From Clostridia bacterium (lineage in GTDB: Bacteria > Bacillota > Clostridia > Christensenellales > CAG-138), in the NCBI GenBank assembly GCA_035561095.1, contig DATMYE010000004.1:7675-71674 (forward strand): a DNA stretch of 64,000 nt, read 5' to 3'. Under the pieces are notes generated by a model. That model was not told the origin of the DNA, searched no databases, and worked only from the letters and a program-made list of their open reading frames with translations. Both the position numbers and the translations under genes were made by a program. This document shows, piece after piece, positions 23,299-32,421 of this stretch (position 1 is the stretch's first letter; every line of letters starts with the position of its first letter).

Positions 23299-24030
23299 TC
23301 AATGGATCATGTACATCACATACGGATGGTCGAGATGGTAGCCGAGCTTTTCCGCGAGCGCGACGCTTCGCAGATCGAACGCATCCCAGCTGGGGTAGAG
23401 GCCTCGTTCCAGCGCATAGAGGATCAGCTTCGCCCCGCAAGCGGTCGCAAGCCCGCGTCTGCGATAGTCGGGGTGCGTATCGATCTCGATCTCAAACCCG
23501 CCGTTGTAAACGCTGTAGCTGCCCGCTCCGGCGACGAGCTTGCCGTCGTGGAGCGCGGCAACGGCGACGCCGCGCGCGAGAAAGTCGGCGGCATCCGAAA
23601 AACAGCCCTGAAAGTCTGCCGACCACTCCTCTAGTGCAGCCTCATGATAGAGTGCCTCGTCAAACAGACGCAGCTCAAACTCCGACGGAAGACTGCCGAG
23701 ATAGCCTTGCAGCGTTTCGCGGGAGAAGACATCCGGTTCCTTCTTGATCGCGTAGCGGAGGCGCTTTTCCGCGCGGTCGCCCCAAGCCTGCTCGATCGCG
23801 GGATCCCAACTTGCGTCGCGCGGGATGATCTCGCGTCTGGCGGCTGTTGCCGCAAACGCCGCGCTGGGTTTGCCCGCGAAGAAGCAGAAATCGCCGAGCG
23901 CAATTTGTGCTGCGGTTGGTGCCGCTTCATCATCCGCCCAATAAGACCCCATGTGTCCCTGCAGCACGGACCAGATGAGCGTTTCATTCCAGCCGTCGAA
24001 CAACGGCGCGATTCTCTCCAGTAACGTCAT
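23299..24030 (-). CDS. GNAT family N-acetyltransferase
   Basis: The C-terminal half reads HPDYRRRGLATACGAKLILYALERG, an acetyl-CoA-binding R/Q-x-x-G-x-A type motif. It is a 243-aa ORF with AGGA upstream. Confidence 0.75.
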   Translation of the reverse strand: MTLLERIAPLFDGWNETLIWSVLQGHMGSYWADDEAAPTAAQIALGDFCFFAGKPSAAFAATAARREIIPRDASWDPAIEQAWGDRAEKRLRYAIKKEPDVFSRETLQGYLGSLPSEFELRLFDEALYHEAALEEWSADFQGCFSDAADFLARGVAVAALHDGKLVAGAGSYSVYNGGFEIEIDTHPDYRRRGLATACGAKLILYALERGLYPSWDAFDLRSVALAEKLGYHLDHPYVMYMIH

Positions 24031-24056
24031 ATCAAAGTCCTAAATGATCGAATTTG

Positions 24057-25322
24057 CTATTTCATGCCGCGGATGATGCGGTTTGCCTCGGCGTAGATCC
24101 GCGCGGGATCGTCGCCAATGAAGAATTCGCCCTTTTCGTAGAGCACCTTGCCCGCGATCATCACGAGCGAAACATTCTGCTTGGTGCCGCTGTAGACGAT
24201 GTTCTTTTCGATGTTGTTCAGCGGCTGCATATTCGGCTGCTGCAGGTCGATCATGATCAGATCCGCCTGTTTGCCGCTGGCAAGACAGTCGCAATCGTCA
24301 AACCCGCAGGCGTACGCGCCGTTGCGGCAGGCCATGTTCAGGACCTCAAGAGCATCCACCGCCTCTGCGCCGTGCGCAAGCTTTTGAAGACCTGTCGTGA
24401 GGAACATCTCTCGGAAGAAGTCGAGGCAGTTGTTGCTCGCGGGCCCGTCGGTGCCGATGGCGACCGGGATGCCGCGCTTGAGGTATTCATAGACAGGAGC
24501 CACCCCGCTTGCAAGCTTTGTGTTGGAGCCGGGGCAGGTGACGACGCTCATGTTGCGCGCCTGCATGATCTCCATCTCGCGCTCGGAAACGTGTACGCAG
24601 TGGTAACCGCCGCCGCCGTAGTTGAACAAACCGAGCGAGTCGAGGTATTCGATCGTGCGCATGCCGCTGTGGGCGATGCAGCTTTCGACCTCCGCACTTG
24701 TTTCGTTCAGGTGGGTATAAAACGGCTGCTTGAGATGCTGCACAAGCTCCGAAAGATCGCGCATCAGCGGCTCACTGCTCGTGTATTCCGCGTGGAAGCC
24801 GAGGCGATAGGAGATCAGCGGGTCGAGTTTGGAGTACTTCGCGTATTCGTCCGCGGTCTCCTGCGCGCTTCCGCCGTAATCGTTCGCGCACCCGACCAGC
24901 GCGGTGCGAAATCCCGTGTCGAGCGCGGCTGCGACGATGCTGTCGCGCGCGAAATACATGTCGAACATCATCGTAATGCCGCTCGTGAGATATTCCATGA
25001 TCGCGAGCTTGGTCAGCGTGTACACATCGTCCGGCGTGAGCTGCGCTTCCTTGGGGAACACCTGCTCCATGAGCCAGCGCTGCAGCGGCAGATCGTCCGC
25101 TAGCGAGCGCAGGAAGGTCATGCCGCTGTGCGTATGCGCGTTCTTAAAGCCCGGCATCAGCAGATTGCCGCGGCAGTCGATCTCGCGGTCAAACGGGCCA
25201 ACGGACTTGCCTTCTTTGCCGAGAGAGACGATGCGCCCGCCGGAGACGGCGAGCTCGCCGGAAAACAGCGGTGTGCTGCCGTCCAGCGGAAGAATTCTTG
25301 CATTATAAAATCTTGTTTTCAT
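24057..25322 (-). CDS. mtaD: Amidohydrolase, 5-methylthioadenosine/S-adenosylhomocysteine deaminase-like
   Basis: Contains NAHTHSGMTFLRSLADDLPLQRWL, the metal-binding HxH and family signature. It is 421 aa, typical for MtaD/chlorohydrolases. Confidence 0.8.
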   Translation of the reverse strand: MKTRFYNARILPLDGSTPLFSGELAVSGGRIVSLGKEGKSVGPFDREIDCRGNLLMPGFKNAHTHSGMTFLRSLADDLPLQRWLMEQVFPKEAQLTPDDVYTLTKLAIMEYLTSGITMMFDMYFARDSIVAAALDTGFRTALVGCANDYGGSAQETADEYAKYSKLDPLISYRLGFHAEYTSSEPLMRDLSELVQHLKQPFYTHLNETSAEVESCIAHSGMRTIEYLDSLGLFNYGGGGYHCVHVSEREMEIMQARNMSVVTCPGSNTKLASGVAPVYEYLKRGIPVAIGTDGPASNNCLDFFREMFLTTGLQKLAHGAEAVDALEVLNMACRNGAYACGFDDCDCLASGKQADLIMIDLQQPNMQPLNNIEKNIVYSGTKQNVSLVMIAGKVLYEKGEFFIGDDPARIYAEANRIIRGMK

Positions 25323-25601
25323 GCCTGTATTCTACCATAGGCTGTGGCGGGAAATCCACCGGAGGATCGCGCGAAGGGCTGGTTCTTTTTGATTGTTTAC
25401 GTGCGAAGGGGCGTCTGTTTCCGCCTTGTTCACACTCGTTTTCAGAACAAGTCATCCAATTGTTACAAAAAAGAACGTTCACTACTTTGAATCTATGGTA
25501 AAATAGATAAAAGATAGTAAACACTTCGTTGCCGATCGGCTGGTTTCAACTTTGTTCAGGCACAACCTGATCTCCTTACAACGAACGGAAAGCGTGAAAA
25601 G

Positions 25602-26369
25602 ATGATCAATGCAAGCGAGTTACCCAAGATAGAGGAACTGCGCAGTATTCTTGCACACTCCGGAAGGACGACCTTCCTCGGCGGGGCAGGCACGTCCACG
25701 GAGAGCGGCATTCCGGACTTTCGATCCAGTGATGGGGTTTTTGCGGCCACACGGGACTACGGCTTTCCGCCGGAAACCCTGTTGAGCCGCTCTTTTTTTC
25801 TCAAGCACACGGAGACGTTCTTTGACTACTATCGAAAGTTTCTGCTCTATCCCGACGCACAGCCAAACGATTGCCACCGGGCGCTGGCGAAGATGGAGCG
25901 GGAAGGGCATCTCTCCGCCATCATCACGCAGAACATCGACGGACTGCACCAGAAAGCGGGCAGCAAGAACGTGCTGGAGCTGCACGGCACCGCGCACGAG
26001 AACCACTGCATGAAATGCGGCAGATCGTTCACCATGCGCAGCGTGATGGAAAAGACCGGAATCCCGACCTGCGGCTGCGGCGGAATCATCAAGCCGGACG
26101 TTGTGCTCTACGAAGAGCCGCTGGACGAGAAACTGCTGCAGCAGGCTGTGTACTATATGAACAAGGCCGATACGCTGATCATCGGCGGCACATCGCTCGC
26201 GGTCTACCCGGCGGCGGGTTTGGTCGACTATTTCCGCGGGAGAAATCTTGTCGTCATCAACCTCGGCAGGACGAGCCGCACCGGCAGCGCGACGCTGACG
26301 ATCTCCGCGCCCATCGGCGAGGTGATGAAAAAAGTGGTGCTGGATCGTCCCCTGGCAAAGCTCGCCTGA
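25602..26369 (+). CDS. cobB: NAD-dependent protein deacylase (Sir2 family)
   Basis: Contains GAGTSTESGIPDFRS, QNIDGLH and zinc Cys pairs CMKCG...CGCGG. Confidence 0.9.
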   Translation: MINASELPKIEELRSILAHSGRTTFLGGAGTSTESGIPDFRSSDGVFAATRDYGFPPETLLSRSFFLKHTETFFDYYRKFLLYPDAQPNDCHRALAKMEREGHLSAIITQNIDGLHQKAGSKNVLELHGTAHENHCMKCGRSFTMRSVMEKTGIPTCGCGGIIKPDVVLYEEPLDEKLLQQAVYYMNKADTLIIGGTSLAVYPAAGLVDYFRGRNLVVINLGRTSRTGSATLTISAPIGEVMKKVVLDRPLAKLA

Positions 26370-26390
26370 GCAGAAATGTTCGTGTTCCAT

Positions 26391-26421
26391 GAGGCTCCGC
26401 GAAAAAAGCGGAGCCTTTTTC
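26391..26421 (+). terminator. Rho-independent terminator after the Sir2 gene
   Basis: GGCTCCGC-gaaaaaa-GCGGAGCC followed by TTTTT. Confidence 0.8.
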
Positions 26422-26546
26422 ACAGCTTGCTTCATACTCCGTTCACACTTTGTTTGATTGAACGTGCATTCCTCGCATGATAAAATTGATCGATAACATA
26501 GGACATATGTGTCCGGATGGATCGCGCGAAAGCAGGGTAACTTTAA

Positions 26547-27584
26547 ATGGGTTTGTTTGATACGTCCGACATTGGAATCGACCTCGGCACCTCCACGACG
26601 CTGGTGTTTGTCAAAGGCAAAGGGATTGTGCTCAAGGAGCCTTCCGTTGTCGCGGTGGAACGCGTCACGGGACGCATCGTCGCCATCGGCGAGGACGCGC
26701 GCAAGATGATGGGCCGCGAACCCGCGAACGTCGTCGTCATCCGTCCGCTGCGCGACGGAGTGATCAGCAACTTTGACGTGACGGCGCGGATGCTGCGGTA
26801 TTTCTTCCAGAAAGTGGTCGGAACGCGGCTTCTCTATCGTCCGCGCGCTGTGGTCTGCATCCCCTCCGGCGTGACGGAGGCGGAGAAGCGCTGCGTCATC
26901 GAAGCCTCGGACGAGGCGGGCGCGCGCTATTCCTATCTCATCGAGGAGCCGATTGCGGCCGCCATCGGCGCGGGCATCGACATCAACGAGCCGCAGGGGC
27001 ACATGGTGCTCGATATCGGCGGCGGAACCACGGACATCGCGGTGATTTCGCACGGGGCTACCGTGATCTCCGACTCGATCAAGATGGCGGGCGATAAGTT
27101 TGACGACGCGGTGCGCCGCTATATGAAGCGCAAGCACAGTCTCTATATCGGCGAACGCAACGCCGAGGACATCAAGATCGCCTACGGGCGCGCGCACACC
27201 GAGAAGGAACAGCGCGTGATCGAAGTCCGCGGCAGAAGTGTGGTGACGGGGCTTCCGGAGGCGATCCCGATCGGCACCAACGAGATGGTCGAAGCGCTCA
27301 GCGAGCCGCTGGGAGCGATCATGGAACGCGTGCGGGGGCTTCTGGAGCGGACACCGCCGGAGCTCGTCAAGGACATCGCGAGCACGGGCATCGTGGTCAC
27401 GGGCGGCGGCGCGCTGATAGCGGGATTCGACCGCTATGTCACGGAGCGCACGAGCGTGCCCTGCCGCATCGCGGAGGACCCGATCTCCTGCGTGGCGCTC
27501 GGAACGGGTCGCGTGCTGGACGATCTCAAAAAGTACAATGCCGCGATCTATGACTACCGCCGCGGCGAATATTACGACGGCTGA
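26547..27584 (+). CDS. mreB: Rod-shape-determining actin homologue MreB/Mbl paralogue
   Basis: Begins MGLFDTSDIGIDLGTSTTLVFVKGKGIVLKEPSVVA and contains DIGGGTTD, typical MreB phosphate-binding motifs. No mreC or mreD follows it. Confidence 0.92.
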   Translation: MGLFDTSDIGIDLGTSTTLVFVKGKGIVLKEPSVVAVERVTGRIVAIGEDARKMMGREPANVVVIRPLRDGVISNFDVTARMLRYFFQKVVGTRLLYRPRAVVCIPSGVTEAEKRCVIEASDEAGARYSYLIEEPIAAAIGAGIDINEPQGHMVLDIGGGTTDIAVISHGATVISDSIKMAGDKFDDAVRRYMKRKHSLYIGERNAEDIKIAYGRAHTEKEQRVIEVRGRSVVTGLPEAIPIGTNEMVEALSEPLGAIMERVRGLLERTPPELVKDIASTGIVVTGGGALIAGFDRYVTERTSVPCRIAEDPISCVALGTGRVLDDLKKYNAAIYDYRRGEYYDG

Positions 27585-27684
27585 TCCCGCGAAAAGCTCA
27601 TGTTTGCGCTTGATCAGAGCGAAACTCAGAGCTGCCGGATTTATCGATTCTTAAAAAATAGTTCAACGCAATGACACGATTGCT

Positions 27685-27693
27685 TGCTATACT
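27685..27693 (+). promoter_or_regulatory. Candidate extended -10 promoter (TGcTATACT) for the NlpC/P60 gene
   Basis: Read directly. There is no good -35 element. It lies about 145 nt upstream of GTG 27838. Confidence 0.3.
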
Positions 27694-27837
27694 CATCATG
27701 GTTCAATTCTCCGCATTTGCGGAAAGATGCACCTTCCGCCACGGGGCGAACAACGTTGATTGCTAATTTCAGCATGACACAGGATTTGGATGGATAGGCT
27801 GCGGCGTCAGTTTCCGCAAGCCGAAAGGAGTCTAAAC

Positions 27838-30180
27838 GTGCCAACTGATTCCCGGAATGATCGGAAACACCCGAAGGCATCCGCCTCGCATCATAGCTCG
27901 GTCAAAAATTCCGCCGCGTCGCAGAAGAGCGCCGCGGTCTCTTCGCGCGCACACGGTGAGAAACACCACGACGGAAAGAGCGTAAAGCACGCTAAGGCAG
28001 CCGCACGTCCCGACGAACGCCGCGGCGACAAGCCGCTGAAAACAGCGAAGTCGGAACGATATGCCTACGCGGACGAGCGCGAAACCCGCAAGACGCGTCC
28101 TGCGGGCGATCTGCGCGCTGCGGCAAAGCCCGCGCAAAATGCCTATGACCCGCGCTATGCGCAGGCAAGCATCCCGAAAAAGAAGAAAAAGAAGTTTAAG
28201 TTCAAGCGGTTCTTCAAAAAGCTCGGCAAGGAGATTGCAGCCTTCGGCGCAAAGCTCGTCGAGGTCGAGGAGCACGAACCCGAAGCCTATGGCCAACCCG
28301 CGGCTGTCAACGATCTGGGATTCTCCCAGAGCCAGCAGAACTATTCCGGCGCGGCAGGGCAGGGCAGGGCACAGACGAAGAAACCCGCTTCTGCACAGGG
28401 CGTACTTAACCAGATCAAAAAAGCGCTGCTGACCGGCGTTCGTGCGGTTGCGCGCGGCATCTATATCGGCATCCGCAAGTTCTATGCGTTTTTGATGAAG
28501 CTGCCGCAGCGGACGCTGCTCATCGGCAGCAGTGCGTTCGGGCTCGTGCTCATCACGCTTGTCGTGCTTGCCTTCGCGCTGCCGGGCAAGGCCGCGCAGG
28601 CGCAGCAGGGCGAGCAGCTCGCGGCGTTCAACGCACTCGAAACCGAGCAAACCGCGCTCGAGAGCGGAACGCTCGACGGCACGCAGACCGGAGATACGAC
28701 AGCGGACGGCACGCTGCCTGCCGACAGCGAAAGCGCGGTGGACCAGCAGGTCAACGCGCAGACGGATACCACCGTCGCGGACACAACGACGACAGGCCCC
28801 GTGTTCACCGGAGAGGTGGCGGAGGGCGACAACGGTGAGATCATCGCGACCATCCAATCCAAACTGATGGAATTGGGTTATATGGACTCCGACGAACCGA
28901 CGCAGCACTTTGGCCCGCTGACGCAGAGCGCGCTGAAAAGCTTTCAGCGCCACAACGGACTGGGCGATGACGGTATCTTAGGACAGTCGACCTACGACAT
29001 GCTCATGAATCCGGAGGCGAAGGTCTACGTCATGCAGCTGGGCGATACCGGCCCGGATGTTGAGGGTGTGCAGCAGCGTCTCTACGAGCTCGGATACCTC
29101 GACAACAAAGCGAATATTCAGGGCGTCTTCGGCGAAAAGACTGAAGCCGCAGCGAAGGAATTCCAGAAAAAGAACGACCTCAAAGCGGACGGCAAGGTCG
29201 GCTCCAAGACGCTTGAGATGCTCTATGGCGAAGACGTCGTCGGCAATGCGTTCACCCTCGGCGATGAAAACCAGGTCATCAAAGATTGCCAGACCGCGCT
29301 CAAACGGCTCGGCTACATCACCTTCAAGCCCGACGGCGTGATGGGCAAAGCGACCGTGACCGCGATTAAGAACTTCCAGCAGGCAAACGGCTTGACGCGC
29401 GACGGCGCGCTCGGACCTGTTACCCGCGATATGATTCTCTCCGGCGATGCGCAGGAGATGGTCATGCAGCTGGGCGACTACGGTACGGACGTGAAAAACA
29501 TGCAGACGCGCCTCGCAAAGCTCAACTACCTGTCCAGCGCGAACGCGACCGGCTATTTCGGTGAGATCACTGAAGACGCGGTCAAAGCCTTCCAGAAGCG
29601 CGCAGGCCTCACGTCGGACGGCAAGGTCGGCGGCGTGACACTGACCATGATGAACTCCTCCAGCGCGAAAAAGGCTGCATCCGCGCCTTCGACGAAGAAG
29701 GAGACCAAGACAACCTCCGGCACTTCCAGCTCCGGCAGTTCCGGCAGCTCCGGCAGCTCTTCCGGCAGCTCCAGCAGCGTCTCCGACAAGTACGGTGTCG
29801 AGAAGCTCGTTGCGCTGGCTGAAAGCAAGATCGGCAGCAAGTATGTGCGCGGCGCAAAGGGCCCGAACTCGTTTGACTGCTCTGGATTTGTCTACTGGTG
29901 CCTGAAGAATTCGGGTATCAGCACAAGCTATATGACATCCGGCATGTGGCGCTCGACATCCCGATTCTCGCGCTTTACGGATATGGGTTCGATTCAGCGC
30001 GGAGACATCCTCGTCTTCTCCGGCGATTCGGAGGGCGCGGGCCACGTCGGCATCTACATCGGCGGCGGCAAGATGGTCGACGCGAGCTCGTCCGAAGGAC
30101 AGGTTCGCCAGTCTTCCTCCGTGCTCAAGTCCGGCGGATACTGGGAGAACCACTTCATCTGCGCTTACCACGTGTTCTAA
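27838..30180 (+). CDS. Bitopic cell-wall hydrolase: basic cytoplasmic N-domain, TM helix, 4x PG_binding_1 repeats, Ser/Gly linker, NlpC/P60 endopeptidase
   Basis: - GTG 27838 has AAAGGAG 7 nt upstream (the track ORF starts at 27790).
- TM helix LLIGSSAFGLVLITLVVLAFALPG.
- Four repeats of GDxGxxV..LGY..G.FG..T..AVK.FQ..GL..DG.
- C-terminus GSKYVRGAKGPNSFDCSGFVYWC...HVGIYIG. Confidence 0.88.
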   Translation: MPTDSRNDRKHPKASASHHSSVKNSAASQKSAAVSSRAHGEKHHDGKSVKHAKAAARPDERRGDKPLKTAKSERYAYADERETRKTRPAGDLRAAAKPAQNAYDPRYAQASIPKKKKKKFKFKRFFKKLGKEIAAFGAKLVEVEEHEPEAYGQPAAVNDLGFSQSQQNYSGAAGQGRAQTKKPASAQGVLNQIKKALLTGVRAVARGIYIGIRKFYAFLMKLPQRTLLIGSSAFGLVLITLVVLAFALPGKAAQAQQGEQLAAFNALETEQTALESGTLDGTQTGDTTADGTLPADSESAVDQQVNAQTDTTVADTTTTGPVFTGEVAEGDNGEIIATIQSKLMELGYMDSDEPTQHFGPLTQSALKSFQRHNGLGDDGILGQSTYDMLMNPEAKVYVMQLGDTGPDVEGVQQRLYELGYLDNKANIQGVFGEKTEAAAKEFQKKNDLKADGKVGSKTLEMLYGEDVVGNAFTLGDENQVIKDCQTALKRLGYITFKPDGVMGKATVTAIKNFQQANGLTRDGALGPVTRDMILSGDAQEMVMQLGDYGTDVKNMQTRLAKLNYLSSANATGYFGEITEDAVKAFQKRAGLTSDGKVGGVTLTMMNSSSAKKAASAPSTKKETKTTSGTSSSGSSGSSGSSSGSSSSVSDKYGVEKLVALAESKIGSKYVRGAKGPNSFDCSGFVYWCLKNSGISTSYMTSGMWRSTSRFSRFTDMGSIQRGDILVFSGDSEGAGHVGIYIGGGKMVDASSSEGQVRQSSSVLKSGGYWENHFICAYHVF

Positions 30181-30265
30181 GGCGCGGACAGCACTACAGA
30201 ATCATGCGCGGGAAGGACGATTGCCCTCCCGCGCATCTGCATATCCTATGAAAGGGAACGACGGC

Positions 30266-31348
30266 ATGCGGAGAATCGCGAGTATCTTATTGGCAACGGT
30301 GGCGCTTTTTTCCGTGCTGCTTGTTCCATCCCGCGCATACGCGCAGGACGAACTGCTGAACAACGATCCCGATAAATATTACATTCTGCTGGATTTAAAA
30401 AACCAGATCGTCACCGTGTTTGAGCGCGACGAGAACGGCGAATACACGAAAATCGTGCGTCGGTTTCTCTGCTCCAGCGGGCGCACGGATGTCGACGAAG
30501 CGGACCCGGAGGACGTTGCGACGCCGACGCCGCGCGGCATCTGGAAGATCGGCGGGCGGGAACGTTTTGGAAAGTTTGCAAATTTCAGCAGCGCATATGC
30601 GCGCTACTGGGTGCAGATCGTCGGCAGCATCTATTTTCACTCGATCCTGTTTGACAAACGCTCCGTGGACGCGATGGATCGCGGCGCCTACAGCGACATG
30701 GGCAACAAGGTGTCCCACGGGTGCGTGCGGCTCTATGTGGAGGATGCGCGCTGGCTCTACTATTACGCCTGCCCCGGCACGACCGTCGAGATCAGCGCGA
30801 CGCAGCCCAGCCAGCGGGATCTCAAGCGCGCACTGAAAAGCAAGCTGCCGTTCTCGGAGTACAATGCTTTCCAGATGTCGATGACCGACGAAAACGCAGA
30901 GCTTCCGAACCCTCACGCATGGGTCACGGTTGATGGCGCGCGCCTCCGCAAGGGCAGCGGCAGCATGTTTGACAGCGTGGCCAAGCTCGCCGTCGGCGAC
31001 GAGCTGGAGGTGCTGATTCAAAGCGAGGTCTGGGTCAAGGTTCGCTTTGGCAAGAAGGAAGGGTATGTCCTGCGCGGCTATATCAGCTATCAGCAGGGTG
31101 TGCAGGATACGAGGCCGGACGCGGACGTGCTCAAGACCACGGAGTGGCTCTATGCCGAGCCGAATCTGGACGCGGAACAGATCGTCAAAGCGCCCGCGCG
31201 CGTTGCGGTGAAGGTTCTGGAGAAGACCGAGGACGGATGGTACAAGATCGTCTACCAGAACGAGACGGGATACGTCAAACCCAACCGCATCGTGAAGGAC
31301 TGGGGCGTGATCATCGACGGATACGAGCCTCTGCCCGTAGAACCATAA
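30266..31348 (+). CDS. L,D-transpeptidase (YkuD domain) with two C-terminal SH3b-like domains
   Basis: Signal peptide MRRIASILLATVALFSVLLVPSRAYA. Catalytic motif SHGCVRLYVEDARWLY. The start is ambiguous (30221, 30248 or 30266); 30266 has AAGGGA upstream. Confidence 0.88.
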   Translation: MRRIASILLATVALFSVLLVPSRAYAQDELLNNDPDKYYILLDLKNQIVTVFERDENGEYTKIVRRFLCSSGRTDVDEADPEDVATPTPRGIWKIGGRERFGKFANFSSAYARYWVQIVGSIYFHSILFDKRSVDAMDRGAYSDMGNKVSHGCVRLYVEDARWLYYYACPGTTVEISATQPSQRDLKRALKSKLPFSEYNAFQMSMTDENAELPNPHAWVTVDGARLRKGSGSMFDSVAKLAVGDELEVLIQSEVWVKVRFGKKEGYVLRGYISYQQGVQDTRPDADVLKTTEWLYAEPNLDAEQIVKAPARVAVKVLEKTEDGWYKIVYQNETGYVKPNRIVKDWGVIIDGYEPLPVEP

Positions 31349-31365
31349 AGGAACAGACAAGCAAT

Positions 31366-31393
31366 CAAAAAGGCGCGGGTGACCGCGCCTTTG
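31366..31393. terminator. Bidirectional terminator hairpin
   Basis: AGGCGCGG-gtga-CCGCGCCT flanked by AAAA and TTT. Confidence 0.6.
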
Positions 31394-31410
31394 CTGTGCT
31401 GTGAGATTCG

Positions 31411-32325
31411 TTACTTCTTCTCTGTGTACCAGAACGATTCCGGCAGCAGGATGCTGCTTTGCGCCGCTTCGCCGGAAAACAGTTTGTTCGCCTCGGCAAA
31501 GCATTTTGCGCCTGCGTCAGCAAGATTCGCGCCCGCGGCATAGACGAGGACGGGGGAGAGCTTGCTGAGCGCATTTGCATCCGAGCCGGCCGAAAATACC
31601 TCGAGATCGCTTCGTCCGAGGCTCGCGAGCACGTCCGCCGCGGCAATCGCGAGTTCGCCCGTCTCGGTGTAGACAGCGTCCAGCATGCCGGGATAATAGC
31701 GCGTCAGCGCTTCGTTGAGCCAGTCGGCAGGCGCTGTTTCCGAAGCATCCGCAAAGAATTCCTCTTTCGCGAACACCCTGGCCGCGGTCTTTTGTTCCGA
31801 CCAGAGCGCGTAGACGGCGCTTGTCTGGCTCGTAAAGAGGCCGATCATGCGCACAGGCGTCAGGTGCGGGGGATAGGCGATTGCCTCATCGAGCGCGAGC
31901 TTTGCGGCGCCCGTGCCGTCGTAGCCGAGATATGGCGTTCCGCCGGAGACGCTCTGCCCGTTTGCGGCAAAGACGTAGACGGGGAACGCAACCGCGGGCA
32001 GCGACTGCTCCTTGCCGGAGAGATAGACGATTCCGACGGTGTCTCCCTGCGGCGCATAGGTGCTCATCGCGCCGATACCGCCTTTGATCTGCTCGACGGT
32101 TGCGCCGGATGCCTCCGCGGCCTTCGTCAGGCCGGAGACGAACGCGGGCGCGCTTTCCGCGCCGAAGAGCGCGATGTACTGCGGCTTCGCGGGCACGAGA
32201 ACGGGCGCAGGAGACGCGGTTTGTCCCGGCGCAAGCGATTGCGCGGGACTGGCAGAAAAGCCCTCTGAACAGGCGCAGAGCGGCAGCAACAGCAGGATGA
32301 TTGCGATAGACAGCAGACGTTTCAT
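31411..32325 (-). CDS. Putative lipoprotein (periplasmic-binding-protein-like fold suspected)
   Basis: Begins MKRLLSIAIILLLLPLCAC, a lipobox (L-P-L-C). The mature part has no motif I recognise. An alternative start is at 32352. Confidence 0.7.
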   Translation of the reverse strand: MKRLLSIAIILLLLPLCACSEGFSASPAQSLAPGQTASPAPVLVPAKPQYIALFGAESAPAFVSGLTKAAEASGATVEQIKGGIGAMSTYAPQGDTVGIVYLSGKEQSLPAVAFPVYVFAANGQSVSGGTPYLGYDGTGAAKLALDEAIAYPPHLTPVRMIGLFTSQTSAVYALWSEQKTAARVFAKEEFFADASETAPADWLNEALTRYYPGMLDAVYTETGELAIAAADVLASLGRSDLEVFSAGSDANALSKLSPVLVYAAGANLADAGAKCFAEANKLFSGEAAQSSILLPESFWYTEKK

Positions 32326-32373
32326 GCGCCTAGTATAGCATGCTTTCGACACGCAAGAGTAGTGGAACGCGCG

Positions 32374-32408
32374 AAAAAACCGCCGCGCAATTGGCGCGGC
32401 GGTTTTGG
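32374..32408. terminator. Bidirectional terminator downstream of the LCP gene
   Basis: 9-bp GC stem CCGCCGCGC / GCGCGGCGG with a 5-nt loop, flanked by AAAAAA and TTTT. Confidence 0.8.
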
Positions 32409-32421
32409 TGAAGCGGAGCAG

